From an uncultured Candidatus Binatia bacterium (lineage in GTDB: Bacteria > Desulfobacterota > Binatia > Bin18): DNA of 64,000 nucleotides. Below the pieces are notes generated by a model. It was not told the DNA's origin. It saw only the letters and a program-made list of their open reading frames with translations, and ran no database searches. Shown here one piece after another: positions 48,670 to 57,739 of this stretch; positions within the stretch are counted from its first letter, which is position 1, and each line of letters opens with the position of its first letter. The stretch spans positions 1,103,008 through 1,167,007 of the forward strand of contig OZ243961.1 of assembly GCA_965214605.1 (NCBI GenBank), in the 5' to 3' direction. Both the position numbers and the translations under genes were made by a program.

Positions 48670-49413
48670 TCATCCGACTGCCGACCAGTGTTTGCCGACG
48701 TCGCGTTCCCTCACCTGCCGGCTCCCCTTTGCTACCTGGTACAGGGTCTTGCTGGTCCACTCAAGACAGGTCAAGTACCCACCGTAGACAAGACCCGTAT
48801 CAATCCCGACCTTGTAAGGAAGATGAAAGCGGACCTCAGGTTGGGGCGTGTGGCCGTACACCACCGTGTAAGGAAGGGAGTGACGGTTACTGATAAACTC
48901 CTGACGGATCCACAGCAGATGTTCAGCCTGTTGGTCTGCGAGCGAGCGCGAGGGATCGATACCGGCGTGGACGCACAAAACTTCTTGGCCCGGATCTCGG
49001 CTCGGAGCTAGGCTGGGACCTTGGCCTGGAAAGGAGAGAGCTAAGCCGCGCAGAAACTCGACGTGCGCCTCGGGAATACGCGCGGCCGCTGAGCTCGCGT
49101 CAGGCCAACAGCCGTAGCTGTCCAGGGTCTGGACCCCGCCATTCATCAGAAATGCGTCGCGATAGAGTCCCCCATGATCGAGAAAGTCAAGGAACATATC
49201 CTCATGGTTTCCTCTGAGAAATGTCAATCTGCAGACCTGATCGGCCCGCAGGTCTAATAGCAGGTCGACCACCTCACGGGCTCCGGGTCCACGATCAATA
49301 TAGTCGCCCAAAAAGACGAGGTGATCCTCGACCCGGAGGGTTAAGGCGTCCAGCAGGGCCTCAAGCTCAGCCGGACAGGCATGAATGTCTCCTACGATAA
49401 AGAAACGCGCCAT
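48670..49413 (-). CDS. metallophosphoesterase (PPP/ApaH-like Ser/Thr phosphatase family)
   Basis: GDIHAC, GDYIDRGP and RGNHE motifs. Start MARFFIVGD at 49413. Confidence 0.85.
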   Translation of the reverse strand: MARFFIVGDIHACPAELEALLDALTLRVEDHLVFLGDYIDRGPGAREVVDLLLDLRADQVCRLTFLRGNHEDMFLDFLDHGGLYRDAFLMNGGVQTLDSYGCWPDASSAAARIPEAHVEFLRGLALSFPGQGPSLAPSRDPGQEVLCVHAGIDPSRSLADQQAEHLLWIRQEFISNRHSLPYTVVYGHTPQPEVRFHLPYKVGIDTGLVYGGYLTCLEWTSKTLYQVAKGSRQVRERDVGKHWSAVG

Positions 49414-49593
49414 GGTTCTTTTCTCAGATTCCGACCGGCCGCGGCCGGAGCGACAGTTCTTGCTGAACAGCGATTTCATTCTCTACCCAATACGCCTGAC
49501 ATGAGCCTGAGGCAAAGCCTACTCAGTAACGCTATACCTTAAAATACGCGACCCACTCCAGGTTCAGAAGTTTCGCTCCGTTGGTCGGCTCTA

Positions 49594-49618
49594 GCGGTTC
49601 TTCCGAGATAAGAACCGC
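49594..49618. repeat. perfect 9-bp stem / 7-nt loop hairpin (GCGGTTCTT-ccgagat-AAGAACCGC)
   Basis: Read directly. It lies in the lower-GC, ambiguously coding stretch 49480-50170. Confidence 0.4.
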
Positions 49619-50171
49619 CGGGTAGCGTTGGATTACTAGTCCTGGTTGGCGAAACACTCGGGTTCAAGGGAGCGTCACAGTAAAGCTCTCTCTGCATCAA
49701 TAAATAGTCCCCGGCCCAATCCGGTGCGTCGACGATCTCGAACGGGCCTATGATGCGGACATAAACAGTGCCTTCCACAGGGCAGGAGATAACGACAATT
49801 GATCTCATCATCACGCTGGGGAATGAAACTACAGCTCTTGAGAGAACATCTTCCCCGGTAACGCTGCCATTCGTCATCGGGACAAGTCGGGTTAACGAGC
49901 CGCGTTTGGAGCACGCAGGGGTTGTGCTCTTGCCGCAGCAGCGGAGAGCCGATGTATACACGGCTGGCCTGTTCAAAGATCTCAAACGCATCAGCACTCC
50001 GCAGTTTCTGTTGAATCAAGCGATCATCATTTCCTCTTGGTTAGACGGTTTTCCTCTCTCCAAAAAGGCGACTCGTCTTCCTCTCATACAGCGCACAACA
50101 TAGCTGGAGTCTACCGACACGCCTTGACGCCCCCGCTTTTGTACTGCTAGGGCTAGGCGGGGGTCCTTGGT

Positions 50172-50531
50172 ATGACCATAACGCAATTGCTGGCCCGAGA
50201 CCACCTCTTCATCGCCGGTCTAATCCTGCTCGTGCTGGGTTTAGGCAACGCGGTTGTCGCCCTGACAAAAGTGAACGAGTACCTGGCGGTTCTGGCAGCC
50301 ACGACTCCTCAGGTCGAAGCGGCGACCGCGCAGCTCTTTCGTGGCGCTCAGCGCCATATCCCCAGCGAAGCCCGTGAGCGCTGGGACATCGCTCAGGCCA
50401 AGCTGGACTTCTATCATGTCGTACTGAGTAGCGGCTGGCTGATGCTCGGCCTGGGCGTGGTGTGCACGGTGGTGGGCCTTATTCGTTTTCGCCGCCGGCT
50501 GTCCGGGTCGGCAGCAAAACGGCTCTTATAG
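50172..50531 (+). CDS. hypothetical two-TM membrane protein
   Basis: 119-codon ORF with two hydrophobic spans. No recognised domain. Confidence 0.5.
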   Translation: MTITQLLARDHLFIAGLILLVLGLGNAVVALTKVNEYLAVLAATTPQVEAATAQLFRGAQRHIPSEARERWDIAQAKLDFYHVVLSSGWLMLGLGVVCTVVGLIRFRRRLSGSAAKRLL

Positions 50532-50659
50532 ACGGGCTAAGGCGCCCCCAAAGCTGGCCGACAGGGAATATCACATAAAAGTGAGAAAATCGCCATACAA
50601 CGGTTGACATTCCAACCCGTCTTTACTACCTTCTTCTTGCTTTAGTCGATGGGAGTCAC

Positions 50660-51841
50660 ATGGTGCCCGAGCCCGTTCTCGAACAGATTTCTCTGAGCTT
50701 TGATCAACTCCTCGCTCGTGCGGGTGAGGGCGCACAGCTGTCTGCCGCCCAGGGTTATCGCCTAATCCACTGTACGGACGAGGAGTTCCCGGCCTTGTTG
50801 GCGGCTGCGGGCGACCTGCGTGATTGTCACAAAGGGCAGACAGTCACCTACTCACGCAAGCTCTTTCTACCGGTCACCAATCTGTGCCGAGATCGTTGCT
50901 CGTACTGCACCTTTCGTAAGGACCCACGCGATCCCGCCGCCTGGACTATGACGCGCAACGACCTCCACCAGTGGCTCTCCCGAGGTCAAGCCCAGGGTTG
51001 TAAAGAAGCCCTGATGTGCCTGGGCGACAAGCCCGAACTGGTCTCTCGGGCGTACCGCACCACGTTGGCCGATTTAGGCCACCGGACGACAACCGAATAC
51101 ATCTACGAAGCGTGCCAGATTGCGCTGTCATACGGCATTCTGCCCCACACTAACGCGGGCATCCTGAGCTACGACGAGATGCAATGGCTCAAAGATGTGA
51201 ATGTGAGCTTAGGCCTGATGCTGGAAAATATCAGCCCTCGGTTACGCCAACGCGGTATGGCCCATTTTTCAGCTCCGGACAAAGAACCCGCCGTTCGGGT
51301 CAAGATGATCCGCGAAGCTGGTGAGCTGGAAATTCCCTTTACGACCGGAATTCTGATTGGCATTGGAGAGACGCGCGAGGAAGTGGTCGACAGTCTGCTC
51401 GCCATCCGTGACATCCACCAGGAGTACGGCCACATTCAAGAGGTCATCATCCAGAATTTTCGGGCCAAACCTGATACCCGCATGGCCGACGCTCCCGAGC
51501 CGGAGGGCCTGGAAGTGGCCAAAACGGTGGCCGTCGCCAGGCTGTTGCTCGGTGGGCAGATGAACGTCCAAGCTCCGCCCAATCTCAACCCGGTCGATCA
51601 TCGCCTCCTGTTGCGTGCTGGCATTAACGACTGGGGAGGGATCTCGCCGGTCACCAAAGACTACGTCAATCCCGAAGCGGTCTGGCCACATCTAGACACC
51701 CTGGCCCAGACCTGTCGAGAGGAGGGTTTCTGGCTGCGTGAGCGACTGGCCATTTATCAAGAGTATATTGATCGGCCCGGATTTCTCCTGCCGGCCCTGC
51801 GTCCACGGACTGAGGCATTACAGGCCCAGATCAGCGCCTAA
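50660..51841 (+). CDS. cofG: 7,8-didemethyl-8-hydroxy-5-deazariboflavin (FO) synthase subunit CofG
   Basis: Radical-SAM CRDRCSYC motif and CofG-like length. First gene of the cofGHDE run. Confidence 0.9.
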   Translation: MVPEPVLEQISLSFDQLLARAGEGAQLSAAQGYRLIHCTDEEFPALLAAAGDLRDCHKGQTVTYSRKLFLPVTNLCRDRCSYCTFRKDPRDPAAWTMTRNDLHQWLSRGQAQGCKEALMCLGDKPELVSRAYRTTLADLGHRTTTEYIYEACQIALSYGILPHTNAGILSYDEMQWLKDVNVSLGLMLENISPRLRQRGMAHFSAPDKEPAVRVKMIREAGELEIPFTTGILIGIGETREEVVDSLLAIRDIHQEYGHIQEVIIQNFRAKPDTRMADAPEPEGLEVAKTVAVARLLLGGQMNVQAPPNLNPVDHRLLLRAGINDWGGISPVTKDYVNPEAVWPHLDTLAQTCREEGFWLRERLAIYQEYIDRPGFLLPALRPRTEALQAQISA

Positions 51842-51912
51842 GAAGGCTGTCCTCTCGTCCCTTTTTGGTCTGAAGTATTGACGTTTTTCGCTCCACAATA
51901 AGGAGACCTACT

Positions 51913-53199
51913 GTGGCAACCGACGGTCTTGCGAGTATTCTTGAACATATCGATCCTCAGGTCAGCACGATTCTGCACCGGGCCTTGGAGGGACAAGAAG
52001 TGTCCTGGCAGGAGGCACTGCTTTTGTGCGAGACAAATGGGCTCGATCTCCAGGCCGTGTGTCTAGTCGCGGATGAGATGCGCCGGCGTCAAGTCGGCGA
52101 GGTGGTGACGTATGTGATCAACCGGAATATTAACTTCACCAACGTCTGCATTAAACACTGCACCTTCTGCGCTTTTAGCCGTGAATATCGTGAAGAACAA
52201 GGCTATTTTCTCCCCGAAGAGGAAATTATCCGGCGGGCTCAACAAGCTGTTGATATGGGTGCCACCGAGGTGTGTATGCAGGCCGGCCTGCCGCCCAAGA
52301 TGAAGGGCGAGCTGTATATCGATCTGACCCGAGCAGTGAAAAAGGCCCTCCCGGACCTGCATATTCATGCCTTCTCCCCTGAAGAGGTCTTGTACGGCGC
52401 AACGCGGGCGGCGGTCTCGATTCCCAACTATCTAGCCGCCCTCAAGGACGCGGGCTTGGATACCCTGCCCGGCACGTCGGCCGAAATTCTTGACCAGGAC
52501 ATTCGTGATCGTATTGCCCCGGGGCGCATCACCACAAAACAGTGGATTGAGGTCATCACGTCCGCCCATGGCCTCGGCATTCCAACGACCTCAACGATCA
52601 TGTACGGCCACATCGAGACCCCGATACATTGGGTCAAGCATATGAATCTGCTACGTGATATCCAGAAGGAAACCGGAGGCTTTACCGAGTTCGTTCCCCT
52701 GTCCCTGATTCACCAAGAAGCACCCATGTACCAGCGCAAACTGATCAAAAACATGCGTCAAGGCGCAACTGGCACAGAAGTCATTAAAATGCACGCAGTC
52801 GCCCGCCTCATGCTCGGCCCGACGTTTCGGAATATCCAGTCATCGTGGGTCAAAGAGGGCCCAAAGCTGGCTCAGTATCTGCTGAATATAGGGGCCAACG
52901 ACCTGGGCGGGACCTTGATCAACGAGAGTATTTCCACCTCTGCAGGCGCCCAGTATGGGCAGCTCGTCCCGCCTAAAGAACTCCGTCGTCTGATCCGTGA
53001 TATTGGCCGGACTCCGGCTGAACGTGGCACTACATACACGCTCCGAACAATCTTCAACGGCCAGGACGAAGAGTTAAGCCCGCTCGACATGGTCGAAAAT
53101 CCGGACGAGCAGTTCGGTTCCTATCGGAAGCTGACCGCCTCGGATCAGTTCCGCTACGTACATCCCTTTGAACGCGAGAAGCAAGCGGCTTCTCACTAA
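51913..53199 (+). CDS. cofH: FO synthase subunit CofH
   Basis: Radical-SAM CIKHCTFC motif. AAGGAGA SD before GTG 51913. Confidence 0.9.
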   Translation: MATDGLASILEHIDPQVSTILHRALEGQEVSWQEALLLCETNGLDLQAVCLVADEMRRRQVGEVVTYVINRNINFTNVCIKHCTFCAFSREYREEQGYFLPEEEIIRRAQQAVDMGATEVCMQAGLPPKMKGELYIDLTRAVKKALPDLHIHAFSPEEVLYGATRAAVSIPNYLAALKDAGLDTLPGTSAEILDQDIRDRIAPGRITTKQWIEVITSAHGLGIPTTSTIMYGHIETPIHWVKHMNLLRDIQKETGGFTEFVPLSLIHQEAPMYQRKLIKNMRQGATGTEVIKMHAVARLMLGPTFRNIQSSWVKEGPKLAQYLLNIGANDLGGTLINESISTSAGAQYGQLVPPKELRRLIRDIGRTPAERGTTYTLRTIFNGQDEELSPLDMVENPDEQFGSYRKLTASDQFRYVHPFEREKQAASH

Positions 53200-53235
53200 C
53201 ATCACCGGGCGGCATGCCCTTTCCCCCAGATCAGC

Positions 53236-54189
53236 ATGCCACGCTGTGACGATCTCAGCATTACCGCTCTTGCTGGAGGGGTGGGTGCCGCCCGTTTCTT
53301 ACGTGGCCTAGTACGTGTCATCAATCCGGCCAATCTGAGTGTGGTGGTGAACACTGGCGATGATGACGAATTTTTTGGCCTATACGTGTCTCCAGACCTC
53401 GATACCATCACCTATACGCTCGCCGATGCTGTCGACCATGACAAAGGCTGGGGTCTGCCGGACGAGAGCTTCCACTGTCTTAGCGGGTTGAGACGCTATT
53501 ATCCCGAGACCTGGTTTAGTCTGGGTGACGCCGACCTAGCGACCCACCTGTTTCGGACTCAGCAGCTGAGACAAGGGCACACCCTGAGCCAAGTCACCGC
53601 CGCTATTGTCCAAGCCTGGGACGTGCGCGCCACGGTCTTACCGATGAGCAACGATCCGGTCCGGACGGTGGTCCACACCGAAGCGGGTGCTCTGCCGTTT
53701 CAGGAATATTTTGTCAAAGGTCGGGGTGAAGGTCGGGTCGAACGCATCGAGTTACGAGGGCTGCCGGACGCCCGCCCGGCGCCGGGCGTGTGTGAGGCGA
53801 TCCAGTCTGCACATTTGGTGATTCTCCCGCCCAGCAACCCGTTGGTGAGCATCGGGCCTATTCTCGGCCTACCTGGCGTCCGCGACGCCCTGCGCCAAAC
53901 CCCAGCGTTGGTTGTCGGCATCAGTCCATTGGTAGCCGGTAAGCCGATTAAAGGGCCGGCCGACCGTATGCTCAGTGGCCTCGGCATTGAAGCCTCGGCG
54001 ACTGGAGTGGCCGGCCTGTACGCCGACTTTCTGGACGCTTTCGTGATCGATACGCAAGATGCGGCTCAACGGGCCAGACTTGAAGCCCAGGGGCTGATGG
54101 TTCGGGTAACCGATACAATTATGAGTGATATGGAGAAATCAATTGCCCTGGCCCGGACGGCTGTTGAACATATGAAACGTGAAACATAG
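53236..54189 (+). CDS. cofD: 2-phospho-L-lactate transferase
   Basis: ITALAGGVGAARFLRGL N-terminus and NTGDD motif typical of CofD/FbiA. Confidence 0.9.
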   Translation: MPRCDDLSITALAGGVGAARFLRGLVRVINPANLSVVVNTGDDDEFFGLYVSPDLDTITYTLADAVDHDKGWGLPDESFHCLSGLRRYYPETWFSLGDADLATHLFRTQQLRQGHTLSQVTAAIVQAWDVRATVLPMSNDPVRTVVHTEAGALPFQEYFVKGRGEGRVERIELRGLPDARPAPGVCEAIQSAHLVILPPSNPLVSIGPILGLPGVRDALRQTPALVVGISPLVAGKPIKGPADRMLSGLGIEASATGVAGLYADFLDAFVIDTQDAAQRARLEAQGLMVRVTDTIMSDMEKSIALARTAVEHMKRET

Positions 54190-54232
54190 GAGGGATATCT
54201 CCTAGGCCGCTGTATCCCCGAAGGATTCTAAT

Positions 54233-54985
54233 ATGAGTACGATCGCACTCATCCCTATCCCCGATATTCCCCAAATTCAACCCGGTGACGATCTGGTCTC
54301 GCTCCTTCTCGACGCGATTGATCGGTCCAAGGTCGGCCTCAAAAACGGCGATATTCTGGTTATGTGCCAAAAAATCGTCTCCAAAGCCGAGGGTGCAGTG
54401 GTTGATTTGAAGACCGTCGAACCTTCGTCTTTTGCCCACCAGATTGCAGACCAGTGGGAAAAAGACCCCCGTATCGTCGAGGTTGTGCTACAGGAGAGCA
54501 AGCGGATCGTGATGATGAAAAATGGAGTAGTGATAACCGAAACAAAACAGGGCTGGGTGTGTGCTAACTCGGGAGTCGATGCGTCAAATACCCTAGCCGA
54601 CGATATCGTCATCGTCTTGCCTAAAGATCCTGACCGGTCGGCCAAAAGCATGCGGGTCGCTATTCAAGAACGCCGCAATATTTCGATCGGGATCGTTATC
54701 ACCGATACCTTTGGCCGTCCGTGGCGTGACGGTCTGGTCGAGTTTGCGCTGGGCGTCTCGGGATTTGAGGGCCTGCTTGACATGCGCGGCAGTGAAGACC
54801 TCCAGGGCCGAGAACTGCACCATACCATCGTCTCGGTTGCTGACGAACTCGCCTGCGCCGCCGGCCTGCTGATGGAAAAGAACGCGGCCGTACCGGCCGT
54901 GATTGTTCGTGGTTACAAGTACACTCCGGCCGAGGGCAGCGGACAGGTCTTGATCCGGCCGGCCGAGGCGGATTTGTTTCGCTAA
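54233..54985 (+). CDS. cofE: coenzyme F420-0:L-glutamate ligase
   Basis: PIPDIPQIQPGDDL..., GDILVMCQKIVSKAEG and ITDTFGRPWR motifs. 250 aa stand-alone (archaeal-type) form. Confidence 0.9.
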   Translation: MSTIALIPIPDIPQIQPGDDLVSLLLDAIDRSKVGLKNGDILVMCQKIVSKAEGAVVDLKTVEPSSFAHQIADQWEKDPRIVEVVLQESKRIVMMKNGVVITETKQGWVCANSGVDASNTLADDIVIVLPKDPDRSAKSMRVAIQERRNISIGIVITDTFGRPWRDGLVEFALGVSGFEGLLDMRGSEDLQGRELHHTIVSVADELACAAGLLMEKNAAVPAVIVRGYKYTPAEGSGQVLIRPAEADLFR

Positions 54986-55048
54986 GCTTCGCTTCAGGCC
55001 CTCAACTGATGTGGACTAGCAGCGCCCAACTTCTTTGAGCCTCCTGCC

Positions 55049-55123
55049 TCAAATCCAATTGTTTAAGTGAACAAGTTGGTCTTTCAGAACTCCGGCAGAG
55101 AGATTACTCAGAATGTTCAGCAT
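55049..55123 (-). pseudogene. possible truncated DUF5615/PIN-like toxin remnant downstream of the DUF433 relic
   Basis: A 24-codon ORF, MLNILSNLSAGVLKDQLVHLNNWI*, starts 19 nt after the DUF433 stop. It weakly resembles the M..LLDENLS N-terminus of DUF5615 proteins. Confidence 0.25.
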
Positions 55124-55142
55124 GGGAAATCCCCGGTCGATC

Positions 55143-55327
55143 TTAGCCTGAGGCTCTAGTAGTAGGCGTCATGCATTTCTGCCAAGAGGGAAACTCACGC
55201 AGGATATCTTCAACCGACAGCCCACGACGGTAGTCTAGGACAAGGAAACTCACCGGAAAGCGGCTTCCTATGATGACCGGTCTTCCCCCTGAACATGCGG
55301 ACGGCGTTCAACATAGGGACGACCCAT
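55143..55327 (-). pseudogene. DUF433-family (antitoxin-like HTH) gene remnant with a frameshift in a G5 run
   Basis: One frame gives MGRPYVERRPHVQGEDRSS*. The adjacent frame continues GGRPVIIGSRFPVSFLVLDYRRGLSVEDILREFPSW..., the DUF433 signature (GG.P.I.G.R.PV....L..G.S.E.IL..P.L). Confidence 0.55.
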
Positions 55328-55430
55328 ATTTATTGTCGTACTCTAGGCGCTCACCGTTCACTCCTGCTGAGAGGATCTCGCTATCCCAAAGCGTTCTCTG
55401 AACCTGAGCAAGTTGCATCCCGGCCAGGCC

Positions 55431-56648
55431 ATGACGACGAGACAAGATAGAAGCTCTCTCACTCTCCAAAGCCTGTTGCTTGCCGTCTGCCTAGTCCTGT
55501 CGACCGTTCCGGGCTTCTCGTCTCCACCCCCCGGTGTCAGCCTCATCGAGGGCAGTCTGACCCCTTTTTTTCACAATCGGCCCCTTTCGGCCTTTCGGGT
55601 CTACGCATTCCACGGCCACACTCCGCACCCGATTCCGTTTCAGATCGACGAACGGGACCAACGAGAGCGCTGGATTGTGAGGCACGGTTCAAAAGCCAAG
55701 CAGGACAGCCCTGCCGCGGTGTTTGACGCCAACGACGCCATTGTGGTGATGAACCGCGACCTGGGGCAGCGTGGCGACCCGTCCGTTCTTCCGGACCAGG
55801 CCAAGCGCTGGGCCGAGATCCGGGTCGGAGAAGAGACGAACCGGCTGGGTTTTGTCTATGTCGGGGTCTTTCCCCCAACACACACCCCACCACGCATCAC
55901 CCAGCCTTACGCCCGCTACGACCCGGCCACCGACCGGATCTATGCCGAGCGCTACGCCCTGGCCTTTGACGCGCCACTGCCAACCCATTTTGCTCCGGTT
56001 GAGCGGCTCGGCCACTTTGGGACCAATACTATAACCGGAGTCAAAGCCGGCGCCGAGGTCCGCTTGCTAGGCGGTTTGCTACGCTTCCAGCGTACCGAGG
56101 TCGATCTACGCAGCAGCTTGCGTGGCTACCAGTCCGGCCCGGTTCGGGTAATCCGCCAGGCGCGCTACTGGGTGCCGCTGCCGTTTGGCCTGCGCACCTC
56201 GGGCAAGGTCAATCTCATTTTCTACCGGGACTTTGTTGAGGGCAGCGCACGGATCAAGCTGAAAATCCCGCCCCGCCTCGTGCTGGCGGAGGGCGAATTC
56301 ACGACCTATTTTGACTTTCTGGACCTGCGCGGGGCGCGTCCGCTGCTGAATGGCCGCCTGAGCCGCTGGGCGGCACTGTGCCTACCGAGCGGCCGGACAC
56401 TTGTTCTTATTCCCCGGCTTGAGGACGGCTTGAGCAGGCTTGAGCAGCGCGTCTATTACGGTGGCGCTCAGCCCCATTTCGGCTTTCAGTTTTCGGAAAT
56501 TGGTCGTCTGGAGAGCGGCTCGCATCGCCTATCGGTTTTCGGCCTGCTGCTCGACACGACCGCCCCGGACACGGTTCAGCGGGCCGCCGATATCTTTCTC
56601 TCCCCCCCCCAAGTGGCCGCGCAGCTACTCAATGCCCAGCTGGACTAG
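55431..56648 (+). CDS. hypothetical exported protein
   Basis: ATG 55431. The signal-like segment LLLAVCLVLSTVPGFSS and about 400 aa with no motif I recognise. A C9 run at 56602-56610 encodes SPPQ near the C-terminus. Confidence 0.6.
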   Translation: MTTRQDRSSLTLQSLLLAVCLVLSTVPGFSSPPPGVSLIEGSLTPFFHNRPLSAFRVYAFHGHTPHPIPFQIDERDQRERWIVRHGSKAKQDSPAAVFDANDAIVVMNRDLGQRGDPSVLPDQAKRWAEIRVGEETNRLGFVYVGVFPPTHTPPRITQPYARYDPATDRIYAERYALAFDAPLPTHFAPVERLGHFGTNTITGVKAGAEVRLLGGLLRFQRTEVDLRSSLRGYQSGPVRVIRQARYWVPLPFGLRTSGKVNLIFYRDFVEGSARIKLKIPPRLVLAEGEFTTYFDFLDLRGARPLLNGRLSRWAALCLPSGRTLVLIPRLEDGLSRLEQRVYYGGAQPHFGFQFSEIGRLESGSHRLSVFGLLLDTTAPDTVQRAADIFLSPPQVAAQLLNAQLD

Positions 56649-57716
56649 AGACCAGGCGGCAACCGCCATCTGACGACACTGTTCCCTATAGCCCAACGCC
56701 TGAGGCGAGCTGGCGTTGCCGTCAAGTCCGCGCTTGTACACCCCCTGGATAATGGCGCCAATACGGAACAGGGCAAATACAATGTAGAAGGTCCAGTTCG
56801 GAATCTGCTTTCGTCCGGTCAGCTGGCAGTAGCGCGCCACATAGTCGTGCTCAGACGGAATCCCATAGCTGGCGTAATTAAGCCCAGTGATATCGCCCCG
56901 AATATCATCCGGCACATGGTAGGGGAGACAGTTGTGGGCCAAGTCGGCAAATGGAGCACCGAGCGTACTCAACTCCCAATCGACGACCGCCAACACACGC
57001 GGTTCGGTCGGATGAAAGATTATATTCTCTAAACGAAAGTCACCGTGGGAGATTGTGGTTTCGTCATCGACTGGCAGATGCTCGGGCAGCCACGCTATGA
57101 GCCGTTCCATCTCTGGAATATCTTCGGTTCTGCTGGCCGCATACTGTTTTGTCCAACGGTCAACCTGACGCGCCATATAGCCGCCAATCCGTCCATAGCC
57201 CTCTAGGCCAACCGCCCGAAAATCAACCTGGTGCAGGGCGGCGATCGCCTCGACCATTGCCGCATACACCCGTCCCCGCTCGTTCGGCGTCATATCACGC
57301 AGCTCATAGCCGCGTAACACCCGTCCATCAATAAAATCCATCAGATAGAAATCTGTGCCGATCACAGACGGGTCTTGACACAGCACGTAGGGCTTGGCGA
57401 CCGGCACGTCGGTGTTGCACAGCGCTGAAATGATCCGAAACTCCCGGTCAACCGCATGGGCCGAGGGCAGCAGCTTGCCAGGCGGCTTTTTACGCAGCAC
57501 GTAGCGCCGGCCGGCCGTATCCGTCAACACAAAGGTCGGGTTCGACATACCGCCCCGAATCTGTCCAACATGCATGGGTGGGGTGAAGTCGGCTAGGTGT
57601 CGGCACATATAACGCTCAAGGTGAGCCTGGTCGAAGTGGTGTTGCTCAAGCACCGGGGCGGTATCGGTGGTCAGCGAAACCAGCGGTAATGCCTCGGCCT
57701 GAGCGTTGGTCGCCAT
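56625..57716 (-). CDS. phosphotransferase (APH/ChoK-like kinase, ACAD10/11 N-terminal-type) family protein, paralog 1
   Basis: AAGGAGAG SD 6 nt before ATG 57716. Motifs GGMSNPTF, HGDFRLENIIF and VVDWELS (Brenner/APH catalytic loop). Confidence 0.85.
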   Translation of the reverse strand: MATNAQAEALPLVSLTTDTAPVLEQHHFDQAHLERYMCRHLADFTPPMHVGQIRGGMSNPTFVLTDTAGRRYVLRKKPPGKLLPSAHAVDREFRIISALCNTDVPVAKPYVLCQDPSVIGTDFYLMDFIDGRVLRGYELRDMTPNERGRVYAAMVEAIAALHQVDFRAVGLEGYGRIGGYMARQVDRWTKQYAASRTEDIPEMERLIAWLPEHLPVDDETTISHGDFRLENIIFHPTEPRVLAVVDWELSTLGAPFADLAHNCLPYHVPDDIRGDITGLNYASYGIPSEHDYVARYCQLTGRKQIPNWTFYIVFALFRIGAIIQGVYKRGLDGNASSPQALGYREQCRQMAVAAWSLVQLGIE

Positions 57717-57739
57717 CGGTATCTCTCCTTGTCCGTCGC

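Noticed and set aside
50604-50632. TTGACA-17 nt-TACCTT as the cofG promoter
   Set aside because: The -35 is perfect but the -10 matches TATAAT at only 3 of 6 positions. Too weak to report as a feature.
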